NCBI GenBank assembly: GCA_964291285.2 | Contig: OZ219785.1 | Span: 1,152,001 to 1,216,000 of the forward strand | Source: Alphaproteobacteria bacterium | Lineage (GTDB): Bacteria > Pseudomonadota > Alphaproteobacteria > Bin95 | Length of the DNA stretch: 64,000 nt | Reading direction: 5' to 3' | Shown: positions 1 to 9,162 of the stretch, piece by piece | Position numbering within the stretch: the first letter of the stretch is position 1 | Layout of the letters: each line of letters opens with the position of its first letter | Position numbers and translations under genes: made by a program | Notes under the pieces: model-generated | The model's database searches: none | What the model saw: only the letters and a program-made list of their open reading frames with translations | Told to the model about the DNA's origin: nothing

Positions 1-122
1 CGCAAGGCGGGCGCCGCAGATGGCGAGTATCGGACGCCTCGGAAGCAGTGCTCTGGTGGGGAAGGTTTTTTTGCGCCAGATCCCCAACCATTTTCACGGC
101 AAGGCGGACCAGCGTCTGCTCC

Positions 123-150
123 TTGCATTTCCGGCCAAATTGGCCAGAAT
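123..150 (+). promoter_or_regulatory. Putative sigma70 promoter with palindromic operator upstream of phd/hsdR
   Basis: TTGCAT(123)...CAGAAT(145-150); the near-palindrome GGCCAAATTGGCC (133-145) lies in the spacer. Confidence 0.45.
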
Positions 151-175
151 GAGGAGGGTATCAACAGGATGGCCC

Positions 176-361
176 ATGCAGACCCTGAGCGCCAAGGATG
201 CGAAGTACGGCTTTGGCCGGTTGATCGATCTGGCCCGCGCTGCACCCGTCGCCGTGGCCAAGCACGGACGGCCTGTCGTTGTCGTGCTCTCCGTTGAAGA
301 GTACCAGCGGCTGAAGTCGCTGGATGCGCCCGAGGCACCCCCTGCACGGGAGGAACGATGA
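176..361 (+). CDS. Phd/YefM family antitoxin (orphan)
   Basis: MQTLSAKDAKYGFGRLIDLARAAPVAVAKHGRPVVVVLSVEEY is a typical Phd N-terminal signature; no toxin gene follows. Confidence 0.85.
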   Translation: MQTLSAKDAKYGFGRLIDLARAAPVAVAKHGRPVVVVLSVEEYQRLKSLDAPEAPPAREER

Positions 362-395
362 TGAGCGCCATCGGGCTGGCGGGCCGGTGACCGCC

Positions 396-2801
396 ATGGA
401 CAAGCGCGGCCTCTCCGAACGCGATATCTGCACCAAGTTCATTACCCCCGCCCTGCGCCGGGCAGGGTGGGACGAGATGCTCCAGATCCGCGAGGAGGTG
501 AGCTTCACCAGGGGCCGCATCATCGTTCGGGGAAAACTGGTCACACGGGGGCAGGCGAAGCGCGCCGACTATGTGCTCCATGTCAAGCCCAACATCCCGT
601 TGGCTGTCATCGAGGCCAAGGACAACACTCACAGCGTCGGCGACGGCATGCAGCAGGCCCTCGACTACGCTGAAACGCTGAACGTTCCCTTCGCCTTCTC
701 CTCCAACGGCGACGGCTTCGTGTTCCACGACCGTACGGGCGCGAGCACACCGCGCGAAGCGGATCTTGCCCTGGACGGGTTTCCGCCGCCTGCCGACCTT
801 TGGGCTCGCTACCGGGCCTGGAAAGGGCTTGCCCCGGAGGTCGAGGACATCGTCCTTCAAGACTATCACGACGACGGCAGCGGCAAGACCCCGCACTACT
901 ACCAGACCAGCGCCGTGAACGCCGCTGTCGAGGCCATCGCCAGGGGGCAGTCGCGCATTCTTCTCGTCATGGCCACCGGCACCGGCAAGACCTACACCGC
1001 CTTCCAGATCATCTGGCGGCTGTGGAAGGCGGGACACAGGAAGCGCATCCTGTTCCTTGCCGACCGCAATGTGCTGGTCGACCAGACGAGGGTGAACGAT
1101 TTTCGCCCGTTCGGCGCCGCGATGGCCAAACTGTCCTCCCAGGCCAAGACCATGCAGCGCGACGCCGGAGGCGCCTTGCGCATTGATACCGCCTACGAGA
1201 TCTACCTCAGCCTCTATCAGGCGATCACCGGCCCCGATGAATACCAGAAGGCTTACCGCGAGTTCTCTCCCGGTTTCTTCGACCTGATCGTCGTCGACGA
1301 ATGCCATCGCGGCAGCGCCGCCGATGATTCGGCCTGGCGCGAGATTCTCGAGTACTTCTCTTCCGCCACCCAGATCGGCCTCACCGCCACGCCGATAGAA
1401 ACAAAATACGCATCCAACATCGCCTGGTTCGGTGAGCCGGTGTTCTCCTACTCGTTGAAGCAGGGCATTCGCGACGGCTTTCTCGCACCCTACAAGGTGG
1501 TCAAGGTTCATATCGACCGCGATGTGGAGGGCTACCGTCCGGAAAAGGGTCAGCTCGACCGCTGCGGCGAGCCGGTCGCGGACCGCATCTATAGCGGCAG
1601 GGACTTCGACCGCACGCTGGTCATCGACGGGCGCACGAAACGGGTGGCGCAGAAGGTCACGCAGTTCCTCAAGGAAAGCGGCGACCGCTTTCAGAAGACC
1701 ATCGTCTTTTGCGTCGATCGGGAACACGCCGCGCGCATGCGTCAGGCCCTTATCAACGAAAACGCCGACATGCTGGACGGCCATCCGCACTATGTCGTGC
1801 GTATCACGGGCGGCGACGCCGAGGGACTGGCCGAACTCGACCGCTTCACCGACCCGGAATCGAAGCATCCCGTGCTCGTCACCACCTCACGACTGCTCTC
1901 CACGGGCGTCGATGTGCAGACCTGCCGGCTGATCGTTCTCGACCGCAATGTCGGTTCGATGACCGAGTTCAAGCAGATTGTCGGCCGTGGCACCCGCGTA
2001 CATGAGGACACGGGCAAGTTCTATTTCACGCTGATCGACTTCCGCGGCGCCACCGGCCATTTTGCCGATCCGGAGTTCGACGGCGAGCCCGTGCAGATCC
2101 ATGAACCCGGGGCGAACGATCCCATCGATCCGCCCGACGCGCCGCCGGGCGATGATGACGGGGATCCGCTTTCCGGCGACGACGAGACGGTCGGCCCCGG
2201 TCCCGGCTTTCCGTCCCCGCCGGGGGGCGGGCCGATAAAGAAGGTCTATGTCGATGGTATCGACGCGACCGTCGTGGCCAAGCGTGTGGAGTATCTCGAC
2301 GAGCACGGCAGGCTCGTGACCGAGTCGTTGCGCGATTTCACCAGAAAGGCCCTGCGCAGGCGTTTTGCGAGCCTCGACAATTTCCTGAGGCGCTGGAATG
2401 CCGCCGAGCGGAAGCAGGCGGTCATCGAGGAGATGGCGGCCGAGGGGCTGCCGATGGATGTGCTGGTCGACGAGTTGGGCAAGGACCTCGATCCCTTCGA
2501 CCTCATCTGCCACATTGCCTTCGGTGCCAAACCGCTGACGCGCCGCGAGCGGGCCGACAAGGTCCGGAAGCGCGATGTGTTCTCGAAATACGGGGAGCGC
2601 GCCCGCGCCGTGCTTGATGCGCTGCTCGACAAATACGCCGACGAGGGCATTCTCAACCTGGACGACGCCAATGTGCTGAGGATTCCGCCTATCGACAGGC
2701 TGGGCACTCCGCTCGAACTGGTCCGGGCATTCGGCGGAAGGTCCGGTTTCGAGCGGGCCGTTCACGACCTTCAGTCCTCTCTCTACAGGGAAGCCGCCTG
2801 A
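396..2801 (+). CDS. hsdR: Type I restriction enzyme R subunit (EcoAI/type IB-like)
   Basis: ADY...IEAK nuclease motif, MATGTGKT Walker A, DECHR, TATP, QIVGRGTR helicase motifs, EcoEI-like C-terminus; start taken at MDKRGLSERDIC. Confidence 0.95.
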   Translation: MDKRGLSERDICTKFITPALRRAGWDEMLQIREEVSFTRGRIIVRGKLVTRGQAKRADYVLHVKPNIPLAVIEAKDNTHSVGDGMQQALDYAETLNVPFAFSSNGDGFVFHDRTGASTPREADLALDGFPPPADLWARYRAWKGLAPEVEDIVLQDYHDDGSGKTPHYYQTSAVNAAVEAIARGQSRILLVMATGTGKTYTAFQIIWRLWKAGHRKRILFLADRNVLVDQTRVNDFRPFGAAMAKLSSQAKTMQRDAGGALRIDTAYEIYLSLYQAITGPDEYQKAYREFSPGFFDLIVVDECHRGSAADDSAWREILEYFSSATQIGLTATPIETKYASNIAWFGEPVFSYSLKQGIRDGFLAPYKVVKVHIDRDVEGYRPEKGQLDRCGEPVADRIYSGRDFDRTLVIDGRTKRVAQKVTQFLKESGDRFQKTIVFCVDREHAARMRQALINENADMLDGHPHYVVRITGGDAEGLAELDRFTDPESKHPVLVTTSRLLSTGVDVQTCRLIVLDRNVGSMTEFKQIVGRGTRVHEDTGKFYFTLIDFRGATGHFADPEFDGEPVQIHEPGANDPIDPPDAPPGDDDGDPLSGDDETVGPGPGFPSPPGGGPIKKVYVDGIDATVVAKRVEYLDEHGRLVTESLRDFTRKALRRRFASLDNFLRRWNAAERKQAVIEEMAAEGLPMDVLVDELGKDLDPFDLICHIAFGAKPLTRRERADKVRKRDVFSKYGERARAVLDALLDKYADEGILNLDDANVLRIPPIDRLGTPLELVRAFGGRSGFERAVHDLQSSLYREAA

Positions 2802-2803
2802 AC

Positions 2804-4255
2804 ATGGCTGTCAGCCCCCTCGTGAAGTCCATCCAGGACGTCATGCGCCAGGATGTGGGCGTGGATGGCGACGCCCAGCGCATCGGCCAACTCTGCTGGA
2901 TGTTCTTCCTCAAGATCATCGACGATCAGGACCAGGAACTCGAAGAGCTCAGGGAAGGCTATCGCTCGCCCATACCCGCCAACCTGCAATGGCGCGCCTG
3001 GGCCGCCAACCCGGAGGGTGTTACCGGCGAGGAACTCCTCGACTTCGTCAACGGGAAGCTCTTTCCGGCCCTGAAGAATCTCCCGCCGGGGAATGGTCCC
3101 CGCGCCCATGTTGTTCGTGCCGTGTTCGAGGATGCCTGGAACTACATGAAGTCGGGCCAGTTGATGCGTCAGGTCGTCAACAGGATCAACGGCATCGACT
3201 TCAACGATCTGGCCGAACGCCAGCATTTCGGCGACATCTACGAGCAGGTCCTCAACGACCTGCAGTCAGCCGGCAATGCGGGCGAATACTACACGCCGCG
3301 TGCCGTGACCTCCTTCATGACCCGGATGATCGACCCGAAGCCTGGCGAGACGCTGTTCGACCCGGCCTGCGGTACCGGCGGATTCCTCAGCTGCGCGATC
3401 CGCCACATGCGCGAGCGCCATGTCAAGCGCCCCGAGGACGAGGCCCGCATGCAGGCTTCGTTGCGCGCCGTGGAAAAGAAGCCGCTTCCCCACATGCTGG
3501 CGACTACCAACATGCTGTTGCACGGCGTCGAGGATCCGTCCTTCCTGCGCCATGACAACGCACTGGCGCGTCCCTGGATTTCGTGGGGACGGGACGAGCG
3601 TGTGGACATCGTTCTGACCAATCCACCCTTCGGCGGCAAGGAGGAGGACGGCATCGAGTCCAATTTCCCGAAGCACTTCCGGACGCGCGAGACCGCGGAC
3701 CTTTTTCTGGCCCTCATCATCCGGCTGTTGAAACCCGGCGGCCGGGCGGCCGTGGTCCTGCCCGACGGCTCGCTGTTCGGCGAAGGCGTCAAGACCCGGC
3801 TCAAGGAGAACCTGATGAAGGAATGCAACCTGCACACCATCGTCCGGCTGCCGAACTCGGTCTTCCGCCCCTACGCCTCGATCGGGACCAACCTGCTGTT
3901 TTTCGAGAAGGGCGAGCCGACGCAGGAGGTCTGGTTCCGGGAGCATCTTGTGCCCGAGGGGCAGAGAGCCTATTCGATGACGCGTCCCATCCGGCTGGAG
4001 CATCTCGACGATTGCGCCGCCTGGTGGGGCGGACAGGAACGCAAGGGCCGCACCGAGGGTGGGCACGCCTGGAAGGTGAGCGCCGGGGACATTGAGGCGC
4101 GCGGCTACAATCTCGACATCAGGAACCCGCACACGGAGAGTGCCGACCTCGGCGACCCGGAGACGCTGCTCGCAGAGTTGAATGCCGCCGAGGCCGAAGT
4201 CGCATCGTTGCGCGACCGGCTGAAGGACGCCTTGTCGGAAGCGTTGCTGCGATGA
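2804..4255 (+). CDS. hsdM: Type I R-M N6-adenine methyltransferase
   Basis: GEYYTPR, DPACGTGGFL (motif I), NPPF (motif IV). Confidence 0.96.
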   Translation: MAVSPLVKSIQDVMRQDVGVDGDAQRIGQLCWMFFLKIIDDQDQELEELREGYRSPIPANLQWRAWAANPEGVTGEELLDFVNGKLFPALKNLPPGNGPRAHVVRAVFEDAWNYMKSGQLMRQVVNRINGIDFNDLAERQHFGDIYEQVLNDLQSAGNAGEYYTPRAVTSFMTRMIDPKPGETLFDPACGTGGFLSCAIRHMRERHVKRPEDEARMQASLRAVEKKPLPHMLATTNMLLHGVEDPSFLRHDNALARPWISWGRDERVDIVLTNPPFGGKEEDGIESNFPKHFRTRETADLFLALIIRLLKPGGRAAVVLPDGSLFGEGVKTRLKENLMKECNLHTIVRLPNSVFRPYASIGTNLLFFEKGEPTQEVWFREHLVPEGQRAYSMTRPIRLEHLDDCAAWWGGQERKGRTEGGHAWKVSAGDIEARGYNLDIRNPHTESADLGDPETLLAELNAAEAEVASLRDRLKDALSEALLR

Positions 4256-4300
4256 CGCCGGGCAAGGGTATTGTTTGCCGCCTGCGCAGGAGGACTGGCC

Positions 4301-4612
4301 ATGCACGCCGCCATTGCTGACAAGAAAGACAAGTTGGCGGAACTGTGCCGCCGCTACGATGTTGTGCGTCTGGAAGTGTTCGGCTCGGCAGCGCGGGGCG
4401 CGGATTTCGATCCCGCCACAAGCGATGCCGACTTTCTGGTCGAATTCGATCCCGTCAGCAACCTGCGGCCGTTCCACCGGCGTTTCGATCTCGCCGAGGC
4501 ATTGCGGGAGGCGCTTGGCTGTCCTGTCGATCTGCTCGAAACCCGCGCGATCGGCAACCCCTATCTGCGCGCGGCCATCGACAAGTCCCGCGAGCTCGTC
4601 TATGCGCCGTGA
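4301..4612 (+). CDS. Minimal nucleotidyltransferase (MNT, MntA-type antitoxin)
   Basis: VFGSAARG...SDADFLVEF...VDL motif; GGAGG RBS. Confidence 0.88.
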   Translation: MHAAIADKKDKLAELCRRYDVVRLEVFGSAARGADFDPATSDADFLVEFDPVSNLRPFHRRFDLAEALREALGCPVDLLETRAIGNPYLRAAIDKSRELVYAP

Positions 4613-4958
4613 CCCTCGCGTCCCGCTGTGGGATGTCGAGCAGGCGGGCGCCGATATAGAGCGCTTCATCGAGGACATGGATCGCGATGTCTGGCTTCAG
4701 GATCGGCGGACCCAGGCTGCGGTCGAGCGCAAGTTCGAGATCATCGGCGAAGCGTTGAACCGCTTGCACAAAAGCCATCCCGAACATGCCGAGCAAATCC
4801 CCGACCTGCCCAGAATTATCGGTTTCCGGAACGTCCTGGCCCACGGCTACGACAGCATCGTGCCCGAAGATGTCTGGGACTATGCCCGGAACGATCTGCC
4901 GGCCCTGCGTGTCGTGGTGCAGGCCATGCTGAACGAGCTGGGACCGACGGAGACATGA
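4602..4958 (+). CDS. HEPN/DUF86 RNase toxin (HepT-type)
   Basis: AVERKFEIIGEA and RNVLAHGY (RX4HXY) motifs; overlaps the MNT gene. Confidence 0.9.
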   Translation: MRRDPRVPLWDVEQAGADIERFIEDMDRDVWLQDRRTQAAVERKFEIIGEALNRLHKSHPEHAEQIPDLPRIIGFRNVLAHGYDSIVPEDVWDYARNDLPALRVVVQAMLNELGPTET

Positions 4959-5803
4959 ATTCCGCCGAACGTTTGCTTGCTCTCTACGACCGCGTGGCCG
5001 AAGCACCCGAAGCCGTTCCCCGCCTGCGCCGCTTCGTGCTCGATCTCGCAGTGCGAGGGAAGCTTGTGGAGCAAGATCCGGCGGACGAACCAGCATCGGA
5101 ACTGCTGAAGCGGATCGCAGCGGAAAAGGCGCGGCTGGTGAAGGCGGGGGCGATGAGAAAGAAAGCTGCAAATGACCCCGATATTGTTGAAACCCCGTTC
5201 GATCTACCGAAAAGCTGGGTGTGGGTCTCCATCGGCACAGCGTTTCTCTATGACGCAGGCATCAAGCGAGAACCCAAGGCTCTCAATCCGTCCCTCTGGC
5301 TCCTCGAACTCGAAGACATTGAGAAAGATACAGGTCGACTCGTATCGAGGGTGAGAAGCGCGGAGCGTGCCTCGAAAAGCACGAAGTCCGAATTTCAGCC
5401 CGGTGACATCTTGTACGGAAAGCTACGCCCGTACCTGAACAAGGCGCTCGTCGCTGATGAGTTGGGCTACTCCACGACTGAAATCGTTGCGATCCGCCCA
5501 TATCTGCCTCTCTGCTCCGAATACTGCGCTCTTGCTCTGCGCCGTCCCGACTTCGTGGAGTATGTCACGGCGCTTGGACAGGGAACGAAGATGCCGCGGC
5601 TACGTACCAAAGACGCCATTGTTGCGCCATTTCCTCTCCCACCCCTCGCCGAGCAACGTCGCATCGCCGCCAAGGTCGATGAACTCATGGCGCTTTGCGA
5701 CCGGCTTGAAACCAATCTGGAAATCAAGAGAAAAAGCCATCTGCGATACCTCGAGGCACTTGTTCGCGACATGCTGACGGCGAGGTCCAGTTGCGAAACC
5801 TAG
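4955..5803 (+). CDS. hsdS: Type I R-M specificity subunit, half-size (one TRD), 282 aa
   Basis: LAVRGKLVEQDPADEPASELLKRI, PFDLPKSWVW, PLPPLAEQRRIAAKVDELMALCDRLE; ATGA overlap with the HEPN stop. Confidence 0.9.
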   Translation: MNSAERLLALYDRVAEAPEAVPRLRRFVLDLAVRGKLVEQDPADEPASELLKRIAAEKARLVKAGAMRKKAANDPDIVETPFDLPKSWVWVSIGTAFLYDAGIKREPKALNPSLWLLELEDIEKDTGRLVSRVRSAERASKSTKSEFQPGDILYGKLRPYLNKALVADELGYSTTEIVAIRPYLPLCSEYCALALRRPDFVEYVTALGQGTKMPRLRTKDAIVAPFPLPPLAEQRRIAAKVDELMALCDRLETNLEIKRKSHLRYLEALVRDMLTARSSCET

Positions 5804-5920
5804 ATAAAGATAAAAAACAGCTCAGTAAACAGGATATTGTAGATTGGCTTTGACTCTTTGCGTACCTAGCGACTGAATGTTCTTTCAGGCTTGCCGTTCC
5901 ATCTGATATCCCAATTCTGA

Positions 5921-6851
5921 GAGCCTGACCCAAAAAGAGTTGAGCGGTTTCAAGGGATTGTGATTCAGTTCGGTTATGCATCTGAACGGAGCCACGAATG
6001 CCCTGGACCGAAACCGCTCGCCGGGAGTATCGGCGGGACTGCCCACGATATGCAAGCGATCTGACCGACGCTGAGTGGTCTCTGATCGAGCCCTTCATGC
6101 CGTTGCCCTGCCGTATCGGTCGCCCGCGCCAGACCGATCTGCGCGAGGTCGTAAATGCGGTGCTGTATATGGCCACGACCGGTTGTCAGTGGCGCCAGCT
6201 GCCGAAGGACTTTCCGCCGGTCTCGACGGTGCAGCGCTATTTCTACGAGTGGCGCGACAACAGGCTGTGGCAGACGATCCGGTTCCACCTGGCCGTGCAG
6301 GCGCGCGAACGCGAGGGGCGCGAGGCCCAGCCGAGCGCGGGCGTGATCGACAGCCAGACGGTGAAAACCACGGAGGCAGGCGGGGTTAGCGGCTATGACG
6401 CCGGCAAGAAGGTCAAAGGGCGCAAGCGCCACGCTGTCGTCGACACCATCGGCATGCTCTTCGGCCTCGTCGTACATGCCGCCGACGTTCAGGACCGCGA
6501 CGGCGCCCCGGCCGTGCTGAAATCCATCCGCCACGCCTGCCCCTGGCTGCGTCATCTGTTCGCCGATGGCGGATATGCCGGGCCGAAACTGCGCGGCGCC
6601 CTCGACAGGATCGGCAAGTGGACGCTCGAAATCGTCAAACGCTCCGACACCGCCAACGGCTTCGAAGTCCTCCCCGGACGATGGGTCGTCGAACGCACCT
6701 TCGCATGGCTCGGGCGCTGCCGCAGGCTGGCAAAAGACTGGGAAAAATCCATCGCCTCAAGCGAAGCATGGATCAACATCGCCCATATCCGGCTCACAAC
6801 ACGCCGACTCGCAAGGCCTTGAAAAACTTCAGCGAGTTTCGAGTCAGGCTC
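5921..6851 (+). mobile_element. IS5 family (IS1031 group) insertion sequence
   Basis: IRs GAGCCTGACCCAAAA / TTTCGAGTCAGGCTC; 3-bp TSD TGA (5918-5920, 6852-6854). Confidence 0.92.
5998..6822 (+). CDS. IS5 family transposase
   Basis: YASDLTDAEW, DSQTVKT, GYDAGKKVKGRKRH, ADGGY, RWVVERTFAWL. Confidence 0.95.
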   Translation: MPWTETARREYRRDCPRYASDLTDAEWSLIEPFMPLPCRIGRPRQTDLREVVNAVLYMATTGCQWRQLPKDFPPVSTVQRYFYEWRDNRLWQTIRFHLAVQAREREGREAQPSAGVIDSQTVKTTEAGGVSGYDAGKKVKGRKRHAVVDTIGMLFGLVVHAADVQDRDGAPAVLKSIRHACPWLRHLFADGGYAGPKLRGALDRIGKWTLEIVKRSDTANGFEVLPGRWVVERTFAWLGRCRRLAKDWEKSIASSEAWINIAHIRLTTRRLARP

Positions 6852-7010
6852 TGAGAAGTGCTTTTTTAGGCCGTGTACCCATAAGGGGTTTCTTCTTCAG
6901 CGAAGCTGTGATTCAAGCTCCCAACTTCAGGGAGCGAGGACATGGGCCGCTACGATTCTGACCCAACTTCAACAGTGACGATTAAAAGTATTCGATAGAA
7001 CAGGGAGTTA

Positions 7011-7142
7011 TACCAACGGTCGTTGATTGGAACCTATAGCAGAGCCGCCCTCCGCAGCTCGCCTCCTGAGCCGAGGCCTCCTACTGCAAGAGGTAATCTC
7101 CGCCGAGAGAGGCTAATCGGTTCTTATCTGTGGCCGGTGGTA
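7011..7142. mobile_element. 132-bp MITE-like element, copy 1
   Basis: TACCAACGGTCG...TGGCCGGTGGTA imperfect terminal IRs; flanked by TTA/TTA; near-identical copy at 11630-11761. Confidence 0.8.
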
Positions 7143-7195
7143 TTACACCGGCATCGCCGGGTGTACCCACTACATTTCGTTGATTTTGGGGACGG

Positions 7196-8830
7196 TCAGG
7201 CTTTGTGTTCGCGCCAGTTCGGCGGCAGCGCGATGCCGACGGCCTGGAAGACCTTTCCGACCTGGCCCTCGACATGGGTGCGGGTGGTGATGCGCTTGCC
7301 GTCCTTCTCGATGGTGGCCTCTTGCAGGCGGTCGAGATCGCGGATCAGGTCGTCCCATTCGACGTTGACGTTGGCGGCGGCGCAGCGGTCGGCCAGTTCC
7401 TTCTGGAGGACGAGCGCGAGGAAGGAGCAGAAGACGTGGCCGCGGATCGCGGCGTCGCAGGAGTGGTAGATCGGGCGGGTGCGCAACTGGGCCTTCGCCC
7501 GGCGGAACAGGTCTTCCACCGTGAGCAGCTCCCGGTAGCGGAGCACGGCATTGAGCGGCGTCATGCCGGCGTTGGTGCGCAGCACGAAGATGCCGTCGAA
7601 GCCGGCCTCCTCGGCGAGCTTGCCGGCGTCGATCTCGAACGCCTTGCCCGCGCCCGTGCGGCGCAGATAACGCCGGTAGGCGCTGTTGCCGATCAGCGCT
7701 TTCTCGCCGTCCGCAAGGCGGCGCTGGAGGCCGTCCACCACGGCCTGCCGGTCGGCGCGGTCCTTCTGTGCCTCCGCCTCGTTGCGGCACACGATGTAGC
7801 GCGCGCCGCCCACCGTGACTTCCTTCACGAACAGCTGCGTCTCGCCGCGCGGACGCTTGAGGAGCAGCGGCACAAAGGGCTTCGTGTCCTTCAGCACCAC
7901 CTCGCGGACCACCTTCGTGCGCCGCTCGCGCGCGCCCAGGATGTAGTCCAGCCCCCGCTCTTCCAGCGCCGCTATCGTCGCCGCCGAGATCATCCCCCGG
8001 TCCGCCACCACGCACACACGACCGATCCCGAAGCGTGACCGAAGACGGTCCACGATCGGCAGCAGCACCCTGGTGTCGGCCGTGTTGCCCGGCAGCATCT
8101 CCGTGCACACAGGCCGGCCCTCGCCGTCCAGCACCACCGCCAGAACCATCTGGCGCAAGTCCGGGCGATGGTCCTTCGAGTAGCCGTGCGCGCCCAGCGT
8201 CTCGCCGCCCGCGCCGTGGAACGACAGCGTCGTGGTGTCCATGAACACCACAGACAGGTCGGTGAACAGGTCCCGCCTGTGCTCGAACAGACGCTCCTCG
8301 ATCCCGTCCTTCACGCAGCGCGGCGCAAGCGCGCCTTCCGCCGGCGCCTCCAGCTCCTCCCCGAGCCAGGCCATCGCCCGATACAGCTGATGAAGCCGCA
8401 ACCCCTCGATCCCCTCGATCGCGTAGTCGGCCATCCACTTCTCGCAGGACCGGTCCGAACCCGACACGAACAGACGGTGCAGAACGCTCACAAACACCGC
8501 CCGCTCGACGGCGAACCCGAAGCCGCGACCGTCCAGAAGCTCCTTCACGACAGCGCCCACGCCCAGCCGATCCCACAGCCGACCGAACAGCAGCGGACCG
8601 CCGACCCGCACGCAGGCCAGCGCGCCCGCCTCCATGTCCTCCAGCACCACGGACCGCTCCGAATGGCGCGCCAGGGACGCGATCAGACGGTCCAGCTCCC
8701 CGCTCGCCTGCAACACGTCCTTGCGGCCGAGCGCGCGGATCGTGCGCTGGCGCACCCGCTTGCCCTCGCGCACGCTCTCCACGAGGTAGAGATAGCGGTG
8801 GCCCCGGGCGGTCGTTTCGCGCACGAACAT
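7196..8830 (-). CDS. IS1634 family transposase
   Basis: YLYLVESVREG..RQRTI N-terminus, DTTTLSF, GYSKDHRPDL, VADRGMIS, RPIYH...IRGHVFCSFLA. Confidence 0.93.
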   Translation of the reverse strand: MFVRETTARGHRYLYLVESVREGKRVRQRTIRALGRKDVLQASGELDRLIASLARHSERSVVLEDMEAGALACVRVGGPLLFGRLWDRLGVGAVVKELLDGRGFGFAVERAVFVSVLHRLFVSGSDRSCEKWMADYAIEGIEGLRLHQLYRAMAWLGEELEAPAEGALAPRCVKDGIEERLFEHRRDLFTDLSVVFMDTTTLSFHGAGGETLGAHGYSKDHRPDLRQMVLAVVLDGEGRPVCTEMLPGNTADTRVLLPIVDRLRSRFGIGRVCVVADRGMISAATIAALEERGLDYILGARERRTKVVREVVLKDTKPFVPLLLKRPRGETQLFVKEVTVGGARYIVCRNEAEAQKDRADRQAVVDGLQRRLADGEKALIGNSAYRRYLRRTGAGKAFEIDAGKLAEEAGFDGIFVLRTNAGMTPLNAVLRYRELLTVEDLFRRAKAQLRTRPIYHSCDAAIRGHVFCSFLALVLQKELADRCAAANVNVEWDDLIRDLDRLQEATIEKDGKRITTRTHVEGQVGKVFQAVGIALPPNWREHKA

Positions 8831-9162
8831 GACCGCGTTGTATGTCTTCGATATCGACCAATCAAGAAAACAAGGCCAAATCAGCAAAAATGTTTCACTA
8901 CATTTTTCTCAACCCGCGCCAATCATCACCTCACTATCCAATCATTTCAACAACTTGGCGAAACCGCGCCCGGCAAAAATCGACACCGACTGTTCAAGTT
9001 GGGTCTGACGGACTTCGAATGGCGAGTGATCGAGCCGTTGCTGCCGAACAAGCCGCGGGGCGTGCCGCGGGTGGTATGCGTCCGCCGAAGACCGCAGGGG
9101 TAGGTAGGCCCTTCTTTGCGGCGAGTGCGTGCGGAGCGGGGTGGTTTTGAGCGTGAGCCGGC

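Larger units (their letters stand above)
6962..9003 (-). mobile_element. IS1634 family insertion sequence
   Basis: IRs CCCAACTTCAACAGT / ACTGTTCAAGTTGGG; 5-bp TSD TCTGA (6957-6961, 9004-9008). Confidence 0.9.

Noticed and set aside
4628-4954. N-terminal extension of HsdS
   Set aside because: Overlaps the HEPN gene in another frame; HsdS similarity begins at 4955
7011-7142. Group II intron domain V/VI or riboswitch
   Set aside because: No convincing domain V helix or RT gene; terminal IRs plus 3-bp duplications fit a MITE better
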